The notes under the pieces are model-generated. The model did not search any database and was not told the DNA's origin. It saw only the letters and a program-made list of their open reading frames with translations. A stretch of DNA of 63,589 bases. It comes from a virus. Lineage: Duplodnaviria; Caudoviricetes. Where the stretch lies: IMG/VR virus record IMGVR_UViG_3300026094_000847, positions 1-63,589 of that record, one strand, 5' to 3'. Below, piece by piece: positions 10,156 to 18,877 of the stretch (position 1 is its first letter; each line of letters begins with the position of its first letter). Both the position numbers and the translations under genes were made by a program.

Positions 10156-10715
10156 AACCAAGCGTCAATTGCCTGTTCTGTTGCTCGTTGCATACAGGCT
10201 TCCCACATGACACCTTCCGGCATTTCATAGATATAGTCCACGCCTGGATCTTCTGTGATTAGCCAACTGCTGCCTGAATGCCAAGGTGGCTGGCCTTCCA
10301 ATTCTCTTTTAAGTTGATTTGGGCTCCAACTGGAAAAACCGTGCATGAATCTAAACTGCCTTGGTATGTCTCCTGCGGCAATGTGATGGAACATTCCTCG
10401 CGAACTGGTCATGGCCCAGTTTTCATTTATTACAATAGTTTTGTCCATAACCCAGTCTGCGTCGTGTAACATCCATATGCTCCCGGGCTGAACAGGGCCT
10501 CCCCAGTAAAGAGGAAATGGTAAATTTGCATCTATATTAATTTCGTCTCTGAGATCATTCACAGTAAATTCTGTGTCGCTATTAAGGCACAGCGCAACAG
10601 TGCTGGAGTCCTCTGCCAGCTGGCATACTAACAGCACAGAGCCTGCAAAACGTATGTCAGTCATGTGTGGTGGTGCTATCAGCAGAGAGCCAGGTGTAAT
10701 ATCTTCGTATTTCAT
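10152..10715 (-). CDS. YqgE/AlgH family protein
   Basis: GSLLIAPP..D.RF..SV, LYWGGPV, GFSSWSPNQL..E, SWL. Confidence 0.88.
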   Translation of the reverse strand: MKYEDITPGSLLIAPPHMTDIRFAGSVLLVCQLAEDSSTVALCLNSDTEFTVNDLRDEINIDANLPFPLYWGGPVQPGSIWMLHDADWVMDKTIVINENWAMTSSRGMFHHIAAGDIPRQFRFMHGFSSWSPNQLKRELEGQPPWHSGSSWLITEDPGVDYIYEMPEGVMWEACMQRATEQAIDAWF

Positions 10716-11128
10716 GACCAGTCTGGTAAGTCTCCGCCGTACTGTTTACCTTTCATCTTTTTGCCCTGAACCTTGACTCGCTTGCGCCCTATCTTATGAC
10801 TTTTACCCCCATCTCTTGCACGGTAACCCTGACTCTTGCATGACGCAAGAGCGCTTGCTCCCAGGGCAGCGTCTGGCTTGCCTGACGTGCACAGCTCTTT
10901 GCTGGCTTTCCACTCTGCAAGTGCTTGATCGATATCCTGTGTTTCTACTGCCATCGAACGGCCGTCAATGTCGACTGTTTTTCCTACGGTCATTTTTAAC
11001 AGCCGGGCTAAACGATCTAGATCTTCTTCTTGGTCTAGGTATTCTTGTATTGCCTGAACAATGTACTGCCTTAGACTACTTCTGTCGTAAAACTGTACTC
11101 GTGCTTCGATTATGTCTCGTGTTCGCAT
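10712..11128 (-). CDS. hypothetical (possible virion internal) protein
   Basis: 138-aa ORF with N-terminus MRTRDIIE and a basic C-terminus. Confidence 0.65.
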   Translation of the reverse strand: MRTRDIIEARVQFYDRSSLRQYIVQAIQEYLDQEEDLDRLARLLKMTVGKTVDIDGRSMAVETQDIDQALAEWKASKELCTSGKPDAALGASALASCKSQGYRARDGGKSHKIGRKRVKVQGKKMKGKQYGGDLPDWS

Positions 11129-11367
11129 TATATCAACCCTGCAGAGCCTAACACTGCTGTGATCAGCAGAGCTTTGGTTTCGAGATCATCAGATGCTCTA
11201 TCTAGCTCGCGTTCGTCTATGATACGACTCATGATGTCTTGAAACTCCATGTCGTCTAGACCGCCGCCTTCATACTGTTCTAGTACTGCAAGTGCCGTCT
11301 GTGCTCGTGAACTGGCCCAATGTTCATTGGCTTCGCTCAACTGTTCTAGTAGATCTCGTTCTCTCAT
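11128..11367 (-). CDS. hypothetical late protein
   Basis: 79 aa, MRERDLLE; TAAATA motif just upstream (~11374-11379, minus strand). Confidence 0.65.
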   Translation of the reverse strand: MRERDLLEQLSEANEHWASSRAQTALAVLEQYEGGGLDDMEFQDIMSRIIDERELDRASDDLETKALLITAVLGSAGLI

Positions 11368-11426
11368 ATATAATATTTATTATCAGATTGGCTGATTTAA
11401 TTTTATTCTATCTGATAACTATCTAT

Positions 11427-11984
11427 ATGAAGAGCTTGCTAGACTATGTTGGAATTTATCATTCAGTTGTCAATAAAGATCTGTGTGATGAGATTTTACA
11501 TGAATTAAACATCGCCGAATATATTGAACATGGATTCTATTCACACAGTGATAAAAAAAGATTCAAAACTGATGCAGAACCCTATATTAGTCATACAGAG
11601 ATAGAAAAAATATCGTATCTAAATGACATTGTAAATCAATGCTTAATTACCTACGTATATGAAAAGTCTGGAGGATATCTACCAGGGTTTGACGGATTCA
11701 CTAACGTAAGATTTAACAAATATCAAAAAGGACAAATTATGAGCAAGCACTGCGATAGAGTCCAAGAGATGTTCGATGGTGAACGAAAAGGAATTCCTAC
11801 ACTATCCGTGGTAGGGCTCCTCAATGATGATTTTACAGGTGGCGATTTTATTATGTTCGAAGACACTAAAATAAATTTAGAAAAAGGCACAGTGATTGTG
11901 TTTCCATCTACATTTATGTATCCACATAGGGTTACAGAAGTGAAAACAGGAATCAGACACTCATTTGTGAGTTGGAGTTGGTAG
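11427..11984 (+). CDS. 2OG-Fe(II) oxygenase (prolyl-4-hydroxylase-like)
   Basis: RFNKY, HCD, LNDDFTGGDF, FPSTFMYPHRV, G.RHSFVSW; start reassigned to ATG 11427. Confidence 0.9.
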   Translation: MKSLLDYVGIYHSVVNKDLCDEILHELNIAEYIEHGFYSHSDKKRFKTDAEPYISHTEIEKISYLNDIVNQCLITYVYEKSGGYLPGFDGFTNVRFNKYQKGQIMSKHCDRVQEMFDGERKGIPTLSVVGLLNDDFTGGDFIMFEDTKINLEKGTVIVFPSTFMYPHRVTEVKTGIRHSFVSWSW

Positions 11985-12069
11985 AAGAAAAATAGCGAAT
12001 CTGAAACATAAACTTTAAATTAATGCGAAGAAAACCGATTTCCACAAGCCGAATAACAAGGAGTCACAC

Positions 12070-12246
12070 ATGACCGAACAAGAACCCAGGCATATTACGC
12101 TGACCTATGCTATAGGAGAAGGCGAAGAACAGCACCTCGATTTCTTTCAGCTGGACCCGCCCGACGGCGAATGGATCTGCACGCTAGAGCCCGAAGAAGT
12201 CGACAGAATAATCAAAAGCGCGATTGATCGCGGAACCTTAGAATAA
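12070..12246 (+). CDS. small hypothetical protein (58 aa, not in ORF track)
   Basis: AAGGAG RBS, ATG 12070, in-frame TAA 12244-12246. Confidence 0.55.
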   Translation: MTEQEPRHITLTYAIGEGEEQHLDFFQLDPPDGEWICTLEPEEVDRIIKSAIDRGTLE

Positions 12247-12264
12247 CACAACAAGGAGAACACA

Positions 12265-13074
12265 ATGACCTGCGGATGCGGAAGATCACCAGACTCATGC
12301 AGAGGTTGGCACAGCCTCTCACAAGCGGAATACGAACAGGAGTATGCTCGCTATCTACGCTTAGAAGTGGGCAAAGTCTCAGTCACAGGTGTAGAACACT
12401 ACACTGATGCACTGTTCAAGTTCGCAACAGAACGACCCCCAGGCTTCGAGTTTCGAGCAGGCGAGTTTGTGATGTTGGGACTGGAAGGCACACCGCAGAG
12501 AGCCTACTCAATCGCAAGCAACCCACATGCTGACGATCTAGAATTCTACTCTATCAAAGCGCAGGAGGGCGAACTGACCAGCAGACTACAGCACATCAAG
12601 CCCGGCGACAGTGTTAGAGTCAGCCCCGCAAGCTCAGGCACACTCGTGCTCGACAACCTAGAACAGGGCACGGACCTTTGGCTGTTGGCTACAGGCACGG
12701 GCATAGCACCATTTGCGAGCATAGTGAGAGACCCACAGACCTGGCAACAGTATGAAAGGGTGCATGTTGCGTGGAGCGTGCGCACAGAACAAGAACTGGC
12801 TGCATACAGACACCTGTTTGAAGACACGCCCGTAGACTTCCACCCTACGGTAACACAAGACCCAGACTGGCAGGGCGCCAGTGAACGCATCTCTGCACTG
12901 TTACACAAAAAGCAGTTTGAGCTTGACAGCAAAACAGATCGCGTGATGCTGTGTGGCAATCTGAACTTCAACAGAGAGCTACAGAGCCAGTTGGAGCAAC
13001 GCGGATTCCGTCAAGGCACAAAAAAACGCAAAGGCACATTCCTCACAGAGCAGGCGTTTGTAGATCGAGCCTGA
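12265..13074 (+). CDS. fpr: ferredoxin-NADP+ reductase with N-terminal CDGSH-like Cys/His motif
   Basis: RAYSIAS, GELTSRL, ATGTGIAPF, VMLCGN, EQAF; N-terminus CGCGRSPDSCRGWH. Confidence 0.9.
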   Translation: MTCGCGRSPDSCRGWHSLSQAEYEQEYARYLRLEVGKVSVTGVEHYTDALFKFATERPPGFEFRAGEFVMLGLEGTPQRAYSIASNPHADDLEFYSIKAQEGELTSRLQHIKPGDSVRVSPASSGTLVLDNLEQGTDLWLLATGTGIAPFASIVRDPQTWQQYERVHVAWSVRTEQELAAYRHLFEDTPVDFHPTVTQDPDWQGASERISALLHKKQFELDSKTDRVMLCGNLNFNRELQSQLEQRGFRQGTKKRKGTFLTEQAFVDRA

Positions 13075-13138
13075 AAGGCCGCGCGCAAATTTTTTTGCTC
13101 GAAGAGCGCAGCGATAAACTAGAGCAGGGAGAACCGCA

Positions 13139-13375
13139 ATGAACACACACTGGGAACCAACAACACTAGTACACAACACTGACACAGGTCAAACTGTCAC
13201 AGCTGATGTGACGCAGTTCACACCAGAACAGCGTCTCACAGTTAACCTACAGGGCATAGATATAAATCTACAGTACAACACGCAACATCAAGAGTATCAG
13301 GGATCTAGAGCTGGCAGAGAGTTCGTTAGCCAGGGTCCTAGGTACTACACAGTGAAACAAGGTCGTGCAAGATGA
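13139..13375 (+). CDS. hypothetical protein
   Basis: GGAG RBS, 78 aa. Confidence 0.65.
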   Translation: MNTHWEPTTLVHNTDTGQTVTADVTQFTPEQRLTVNLQGIDINLQYNTQHQEYQGSRAGREFVSQGPRYYTVKQGRAR

Positions 13376-13572
13376 TGATGTCACAGCGTGAACTCACACG
13401 TGTGTTACAGTGGCTTGCAACAGCATATCCCGGCACACGCCTCAGTGACGTTGTTCGTGTGGGAGAAACCACAGACACACAGTGTGAACCCACTACCCAC
13501 GTAGAATGGCTGGACGCACACAAGCAGGCTCACTGGTGGTTAGTGCGTGATGCTTGGTTGCGAGCACAGTAA
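13372..13572 (+). CDS. hypothetical protein
   Basis: ATGA overlap with the previous gene. Confidence 0.5.
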   Translation: MMMSQRELTRVLQWLATAYPGTRLSDVVRVGETTDTQCEPTTHVEWLDAHKQAHWWLVRDAWLRAQ

Positions 13573-13798
13573 CAATACAGTCGTGAACTATAGAGCACAC
13601 TATCAACACACTATAATCAAACTACAGCGTGAACTCGATCGTGCGATGTACTTGGGTGATTGGGGAGCATACCTGCGACTGCGTCACAGAATAATAGAAA
13701 TCAAAGATCACATCCTAGAGCATGAGACGCGTTGTGGCTATGACTGTGCGTGTGAGCCAGAGCCAGAGTGGGCACAGTTTGCACAGCAGAAAGATTAG
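13547..13798 (+). CDS. hypothetical protein
   Basis: Co-directional ORF filling the gap; start uncertain. Confidence 0.45.
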   Translation: MMLGCEHSNNTVVNYRAHYQHTIIKLQRELDRAMYLGDWGAYLRLRHRIIEIKDHILEHETRCGYDCACEPEPEWAQFAQQKD

Positions 13799-13800
13799 GA

Positions 13801-14151
13801 ATGAACAGTGAGCAACACACAGAGTGGCACAGCAGAGACGGCAGTGTAACAATAACACTGAACGAACTGTTGAACTGCGCACGTGCTGTGTCCGTGACAA
13901 GCATGCCCTTAGATGCTCTCCAAGAATGTGTGTTAGATTGGCAGGGCGACCCAGAAGAATGGGCGAGAGTAAACAGTGTGGACATGCGCGATCCCATACT
14001 AGTGCTGGTTGTGGACGGCTGTGTTGAGAGGATAATAGACGGCAATCACAGAGTACAACGAGCACGACAGTTGGGTTGGCATGAGATTCGTGCACGTGCA
14101 ATTGAGTTGAAACGCTTGCCACGAGAATACACACAGGTGTTTGGATGGTAG
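13801..14151 (+). CDS. ParB/sulfiredoxin-like nuclease-fold protein
   Basis: PILV...IIDGNHRV..A..LG. Confidence 0.7.
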   Translation: MNSEQHTEWHSRDGSVTITLNELLNCARAVSVTSMPLDALQECVLDWQGDPEEWARVNSVDMRDPILVLVVDGCVERIIDGNHRVQRARQLGWHEIRARAIELKRLPREYTQVFGW

Positions 14152-14159
14152 TAGAGAAT

Positions 14160-14520
14160 GTGTGTTGTGTGAATTACCCAATGTAAAGTGCGCAAAAGTG
14201 TGTGAACTGTGTAGTGAATGGGGCCTCGTGGGGTCTAGTGTGTATCAAAGTGTCAAAAAGTGTAGAAAAGTGTGTATTTGTGCAATGCCTGTCATCCCCA
14301 TCCTCCTAAATCTTTGATCTCACTACAGATTCTACCCAAACACCGCTCGTTTGAACCGTTCGCCACAGTTTTACACACTAAATCCACAGTTTTTCACTCT
14401 CAATCCACACTAGATCCACTCTAGATCACGCTACACACAGCAGCGACTGGAGGCTGTGTTCAGCGTAGAAGCACACTTGCTAGTATGATACCTACACACA
14501 CTAACACTAGGATCACACAC
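14160..14520. repeat. non-coding low-complexity block: AAAGTG(T) repeats followed by ATCCAC/CACAC repeats
   Basis: About five AAAGTG copies at 14185-14275, then CCACAGTTTT x2 and ATCCAC x3; GT-rich to CA-rich switch near 14285. Confidence 0.7.
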
Positions 14521-14757
14521 TCTGTGCTCGTCAGCTGTGGGATTTCACTGTCGTCGTTACGCATACTGTTAGTTAGTCACTGTGCGACACATTGGCCCCG
14601 CTGCTGGGATCATGTGTGTGCGCGGTGTTTTCATTATATAGCTAACTTCGCAAGCGTGGTGCGGAGAGTTTGCTATATAACTATCTACTCACATAGGCCC
14701 CGCTGCTGGGATCGCACATGCTGTTGACACGTGTGCACATGTGTGTATAATAGTGTT

Positions 14758-15006
14758 ATGACGATTCCTTATGAGAGATTCAGAGCGGTCGACAACACGA
14801 GAGAGTGGTTGTTTCTAAATTTGAGCAATCAGCGGTTGCCCAAATATCTACGCGATGAGATAAGTTCACTGCTGCGGCACTATCCTTCTCGCATGGAACT
14901 GGCTGCTATTGCAGCTGACTCACCGGCGTGGTTGGAAGCAGAACCGGACGCTTTCGTAGAATGGGTAAATGAGCGTGGGTCAGGGGTTGACACAGAGTCA
15001 GAGTGA
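14758..15006 (+). CDS. BPSL0761-family-like hypothetical protein (probably leaderless)
   Basis: MTIPYERFRA...LLRHYP; ATG lies ~7 nt after TATAAT (14746-14751) with no RBS. Confidence 0.65.
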   Translation: MTIPYERFRAVDNTREWLFLNLSNQRLPKYLRDEISSLLRHYPSRMELAAIAADSPAWLEAEPDAFVEWVNERGSGVDTESE

Positions 15007-15057
15007 TCGTACACTGTATGCACAGTAAACAAAGAGGAGCGCACACACAAGGTTTTT

Positions 15058-15134
15058 GGGACCATAGCTCAATTGGTTAGAGCGCACCACTCATAATGGT
15101 AAGGTTCTAGGTTCAAGTCCTAGTGGTCCCACCA
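15058..15134 (+). tRNA. tRNA-CAT (Ile2 or elongator Met)
   Basis: GGGACCA/TGGTCCC acceptor stem, loop CTCATAA, GGTTCAAGTCC T-arm, encoded CCA. Confidence 0.92.
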
Positions 15135-15138
15135 AGTT

Positions 15139-15214
15139 CTCCCGGTAGCATAATGGATAATGCAACAGACTTCTAATCTGTAGACTGTAGGTTCGAGTCC
15201 TACCCGGGAGGCCA
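15139..15214 (+). tRNA. tRNA-Arg(TCT)
   Basis: CTCCCGG/CCGGGAG acceptor, loop CTTCTAA, GGTTCGAGTCC, CCA. Confidence 0.93.
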
Positions 15215-15218
15215 CCAT

Positions 15219-15305
15219 GCCCGTGTGATGGAATTGGTAGACATACTGGACTTAAAATCCAGAGACCGAGAGGTCGTGGCGGTTCGAGTCCGCCCACGGG
15301 TACCA
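15219..15305 (+). tRNA. tRNA-Leu(TAA)
   Basis: GCCCGTG/CACGGGT acceptor, loop CTTAAAA, long variable arm, CCA. Confidence 0.93.
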
Positions 15306-15449
15306 CACCGTCAAACCACCGCAGGGACTCCTGAACGACGCTTGGACAAAAAAGTTTTAGGGTTCAGCTTTTGTCCTAAAAATAATGCTTGCACATTCCA
15401 GTGTGCGAGGCTATACTGTGTTAACATTAACACAGAGAGGGCAAGCTTA

Positions 15450-15653
15450 GTGTTAACCAGCAAGCAAATAGCACGTAACGTTTTTGTTACATACTGTAGC
15501 ACAACCAACACGCTGTTCACGCACACAGCCAAAACAAAACCCAAAAACGTCAGCATGCACACTGCGGAATTTGCCATTAAAAATGCTGCCGCACAGCAAG
15601 TAAAAGAATTTTTAAAAATGCCTGCGCTGTACACACTGCGCAAAAAAGCGTAA
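15450..15653 (+). CDS. hypothetical basic protein encoded in GA/TC-poor DNA
   Basis: Promoter at 15389, GAGAGG RBS, GTG start; the longer ORF-track version overlaps tRNA-Leu. Confidence 0.55.
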   Translation: MLTSKQIARNVFVTYCSTTNTLFTHTAKTKPKNVSMHTAEFAIKNAAAQQVKEFLKMPALYTLRKKA

Positions 15654-15723
15654 AAAAACGGTTGACAACTTGTGCGTGTGCTGTTATAGTATACGCATAC
15701 TAACACAAAACGGAGCGAACACA

Positions 15724-15906
15724 ATGACAGTAGCACAACTCGTAGCACAGCTACAAGCACTTCCTCAAGACCTTGACGTAACAGCGTTCTCGCATGCACA
15801 AGCAAGTGAGCTTGAACTGTATAGCGCAGAACTGTTTGAGTCACTGGGTGAACCTGAGGATGCGGACCACATTCCAGAATCAGTAACACTACACTTCGAC
15901 GTATAA
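15724..15906 (+). CDS. hypothetical protein
   Basis: Module promoter plus GGAGCG RBS; MTVAQLVAQLQALPQD. Confidence 0.7.
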   Translation: MTVAQLVAQLQALPQDLDVTAFSHAQASELELYSAELFESLGEPEDADHIPESVTLHFDV

Positions 15907-15915
15907 GGAGCAAGT

Positions 15916-16707
15916 ATGCCAGCCAAGAAAACAGAAACTGATGCTGAAATCGTAGAGCGTCTGCGCGAGCGATTTGAAATTCTCAATCTCATGACAGCCG
16001 CTGTGAAGTCAGGCGAAGTACGAGCTATGATTGTTACTGGACCACCGGGCGTGGGCAAGTCGCACGGCGTACAGGAAACTCTCGCCAAAGACGACATGTT
16101 TGCTGCACTGGGCAATCGCGCTCCCAAGTACGAGTTTGTTAAAGGTGCTATGAGTGCAGTAGGACTCTACGCCAAACTGTACGAGTATTCAGCTCGAGAC
16201 GAAGTACTGGTGTTTGACGACTGTGACTCAGTGCTGATGGACGACTTATCGCTTAATATCCTAAAAGCCGCGCTGGATTCAAGCAAGAAGCGAATGATCC
16301 ATTGGAACACGGATTCGCGCAGTCTGCGAAGTGAAGGCATTCCGCATTCGTTTGAGTACCAAGGTGGTGCTATCTTTATTACGAACTTGAAGTTTGAAAA
16401 CGTCAAGTCAAAGAAGCTGAAAGATCACCTAGAAGCACTTGAGAGTCGCTGTCATCACATTGATCTGGGCATGGACACGGATCGTGAAAAAGTACTGCGC
16501 ATTCGCCAGATCGTAGAAGATGGCATGCTGGACGCATATGAACTCAGCCGAGACGTCAAGCGTGACATCGTAGAGTATGTGGTAGAGAACCGTGAGCGAC
16601 TGCGTGAGCTCAGTCTGCGAAGTGTGTTGAAGATTGCGGATCTCGCACGTGCCTATCCAGATCGCTGGCGTAAGATGAGTGAAGTCACTGTGATGCGCAG
16701 GCACTAG
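15916..16707 (+). CDS. AAA+ family ATPase
   Basis: Walker A GPPGVGKS, Walker B VLVFDDCD, FITN, ALESR (Arg finger). Confidence 0.88.
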   Translation: MPAKKTETDAEIVERLRERFEILNLMTAAVKSGEVRAMIVTGPPGVGKSHGVQETLAKDDMFAALGNRAPKYEFVKGAMSAVGLYAKLYEYSARDEVLVFDDCDSVLMDDLSLNILKAALDSSKKRMIHWNTDSRSLRSEGIPHSFEYQGGAIFITNLKFENVKSKKLKDHLEALESRCHHIDLGMDTDREKVLRIRQIVEDGMLDAYELSRDVKRDIVEYVVENRERLRELSLRSVLKIADLARAYPDRWRKMSEVTVMRRH

Positions 16708-16786
16708 GCCCCGCTGCTGGGGTCGTTGACAACAGCGACCCTAGATCATATACTGTAACAGTGTTGAAGAAAGCGAGGTTTAGGGC

Positions 16787-16957
16787 GTGAAATTTATTCT
16801 AGGGTTGATCACAGGTGGCGTGATTGTGGCATACAATCCTTCTATCGTTGACAACATTCAGGTTTGGATCAACACAGCCGCTGACCGTGTGGTGGAGCAC
16901 ACAGAACCCACAGCAGTTGAACAGTTTAAAGGCAGGATCGATGATCTATCAAGATGA
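16787..16957 (+). CDS. small membrane-anchored hypothetical protein (56 aa, not in ORF track)
   Basis: GTG start after module promoter 16726; MKFILGLITGGVIVAY. Confidence 0.55.
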   Translation: MKFILGLITGGVIVAYNPSIVDNIQVWINTAADRVVEHTEPTAVEQFKGRIDDLSR

Positions 16958-17117
16958 CGTAGAATTCAACCTCGCATGTCTGTTGGCAGACGGTGACGAG
17001 GACTTCACAGACGAAGAAACTGCTGACATGGGGCTGTACCTCATGCAGTGTGTGGCCATCAAGGCGGCGGGTGACGAACATCTCGTACACTGGGAAGCCA
17101 GCGAAGCAGTACACTAG
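16941..17117 (+). CDS. hypothetical protein
   Basis: Acidic ORF; start reassigned to MIYQDD. Confidence 0.5.
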   Translation: MIYQDDVEFNLACLLADGDEDFTDEETADMGLYLMQCVAIKAAGDEHLVHWEASEAVH

Positions 17118-17125
17118 GAGGCGCA

Positions 17126-17353
17126 GTGAGCAAGCATTCAGGAGGCTTTAGCCTTAGATACAACAAGCAAACAGGCCAGTGGGATGTCATAGAGCACACT
17201 GAGCCGAGCAGGGCACCGGACAGCACAGGATCGGCTTGGATCTACGGTGACAGTGTTGCCATGGGAATCATTGATCGTGCAATAGAGCACATGACTGAGT
17301 TTCCCACAGTGGAAAAAATCTTATCACAGGTGGTTGACAAGCCCACTCGTTGA
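17126..17353 (+). CDS. hypothetical protein
   Basis: AGGAGG RBS; C-terminus runs into promoter 17334. Confidence 0.6.
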   Translation: MSKHSGGFSLRYNKQTGQWDVIEHTEPSRAPDSTGSAWIYGDSVAMGIIDRAIEHMTEFPTVEKILSQVVDKPTR

Positions 17354-17400
17354 AGGTATACTGTATATAACAGTTAGGGCAAAGGCATTAGGAGCGAACT

Positions 17401-17742
17401 ATGCAAGCACAGATCGAACGTCTCATCGAAGACATCAAATCAGACTATCGCACACACATGAGTCGTGTGGACAGCAAGAGTCACACGTCCAAGACCATGA
17501 TTCAAGAGTTTGAAGAGGGTGTTAGCGTGTCCCAAGGACGCAAGTACATCAAAATCCTTCACAAGTTGGGCACACAGACCATGGTGTGGGGATTCGTAGT
17601 TAACACAGACACGGACAAAAAGTTTCGCCGAGGTGACATCCTAAAGCCAGCAGGCTTTAATGCGCCAGCTCGCAACCAGCCACGTGGCAACATCCTAGAC
17701 GGCGACTACAGTATTCGTTGGACAGGGCCACTGTATCTATGA
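17401..17742 (+). CDS. conserved phage hypothetical protein
   Basis: GRKYIKI...VWGFV..GDILKPAG..APA...RGNI; module promoter and RBS. Confidence 0.8.
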   Translation: MQAQIERLIEDIKSDYRTHMSRVDSKSHTSKTMIQEFEEGVSVSQGRKYIKILHKLGTQTMVWGFVVNTDTDKKFRRGDILKPAGFNAPARNQPRGNILDGDYSIRWTGPLYL

Positions 17743-18101
17743 AGTGTTTGGTAGAGGTCACTGGTTGGGACACCGAGACACAGCCCAACCACACCTATCT
17801 CGTGTCGGGCGATAAAATGATTGCCTACAGGCCTCATCACACAGGCCCAGTAGAGTGGTTTAAACACCCCATGCGACTGAATCGTGCTCGTCGACGGTTT
17901 GAAGAACGAGCAGTGTGTTCTACAGAGTGGAGCATTGAGTCAGCTGAAGACCCCGCAGTGGTGACTGTGCAGGGCAGCCGTGGAAACACCTACGAAGTCA
18001 ACACCCAAGAGAAGACCTGTAGTTGCACGGGCTATCGATTCCACGGGCGCTGTCGGCACTTAGATCAAGTGATAGCACAACAGGGGTTGACAGCTGCATG
18101 A
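17739..18101 (+). CDS. SWIM zinc-finger protein
   Basis: GSRGNTYEV...CSCTGYRFHGRCRH. Confidence 0.75.
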   Translation: MKCLVEVTGWDTETQPNHTYLVSGDKMIAYRPHHTGPVEWFKHPMRLNRARRRFEERAVCSTEWSIESAEDPAVVTVQGSRGNTYEVNTQEKTCSCTGYRFHGRCRHLDQVIAQQGLTAA

Positions 18102-18145
18102 CTAGGTCATACACTGTAACTACACTGAACAATTAGGAGCGAGCA

Positions 18146-18346
18146 ATGGACACTGTAACACTGTACCAGACCACATATGATGATCTCACAGAGAGCATCT
18201 CAGCCAAGACCTACGACGTCAACTACCTCAAAGGCTGCATTCATGGCCTTGCACTGTTTGCAGACAGCGATCCTCTGCATGTAGCACGAGAGATCAAACG
18301 GATGTCAGAAAAGATCCAAGCAGGGGTTGACGTCGCTGAACTTTGA
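18146..18346 (+). CDS. hypothetical protein
   Basis: Module promoter and RBS. Confidence 0.7.
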   Translation: MDTVTLYQTTYDDLTESISAKTYDVNYLKGCIHGLALFADSDPLHVAREIKRMSEKIQAGVDVAEL

Positions 18347-18385
18347 TCTTAAACTGTACTTACACTGAACAACTAGGAGCGAACC

Positions 18386-18745
18386 ATGTCTAATTCAGTA
18401 GAAACACTCGTCGTCCAGGCGGCACACGACAAAGCGATCAGAGCGGCACGCGATGCGGCACAAGAGTTTGCCGATCGTCATTTCGAAGGCAACGACGGCG
18501 GTCCCTGTGGATTTGCGTGGGTAGATGCATACGGCATTCGTTCAAACTCAAAGATGGGCAAGGCTCTGCAGGCTGTGGGATTCCGCAAGAGTTATTCAGG
18601 CGGACTTCAACAGTGGAACGGACGCGATGGTTGGTATTTTGGCCAGAGCGTGGATGCAAGTGAAGCAGGTGCTCGTGCCTACGCTGAAGTATTCCGCGAA
18701 GAGCTTGAGTTGGACCGCGTGTTTGCAGGATCACGCCTAGACTGA
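18386..18745 (+). CDS. conserved phage hypothetical protein
   Basis: GPCGFAWV...Q.....EAGARAYA...SRLD; module promoter and RBS. Confidence 0.8.
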   Translation: MSNSVETLVVQAAHDKAIRAARDAAQEFADRHFEGNDGGPCGFAWVDAYGIRSNSKMGKALQAVGFRKSYSGGLQQWNGRDGWYFGQSVDASEAGARAYAEVFREELELDRVFAGSRLD

Positions 18746-18776
18746 ACACGAGCGGGGTCTGTGTCCCCGACTGGGT

Positions 18777-18808
18777 ATGGGCACCGCCCGAAATGGGCCC
18801 ATTTTTTT
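18777..18808 (+). terminator. intrinsic terminator
   Basis: ATGGGC...GCCCAT stem followed by a T-run; a CGGGG/CCCCG hairpin lies just upstream. Confidence 0.65.
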
Positions 18809-18877
18809 ATTGCAGGGGTTGACACAGTCGTCAATGATGTTACTATAAGAGAGTAGGGCAAACACGGAGCGAACACT

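Larger units (their letters stand above)
14594..16724 (+). repeat. dispersed 18-nt repeat GGCCCCGCTGCTGGG(A/G)TC x3
   Basis: Copies at 14594-14611, 14696-14713 and 16707-16724. Confidence 0.85.

Noticed and set aside
1-12000. Bacterial chromosome origin for hemA/clpP/yqgE
   Set aside because: Interspersed with phage-type ligase, small phage ORFs and TAAATA motifs; no bacterial operon context or prophage junction
15091-15449. ORFs 15091-15306(-) and the 5' part of 15225-15653(+)
   Set aside because: They overlap clear tRNA genes
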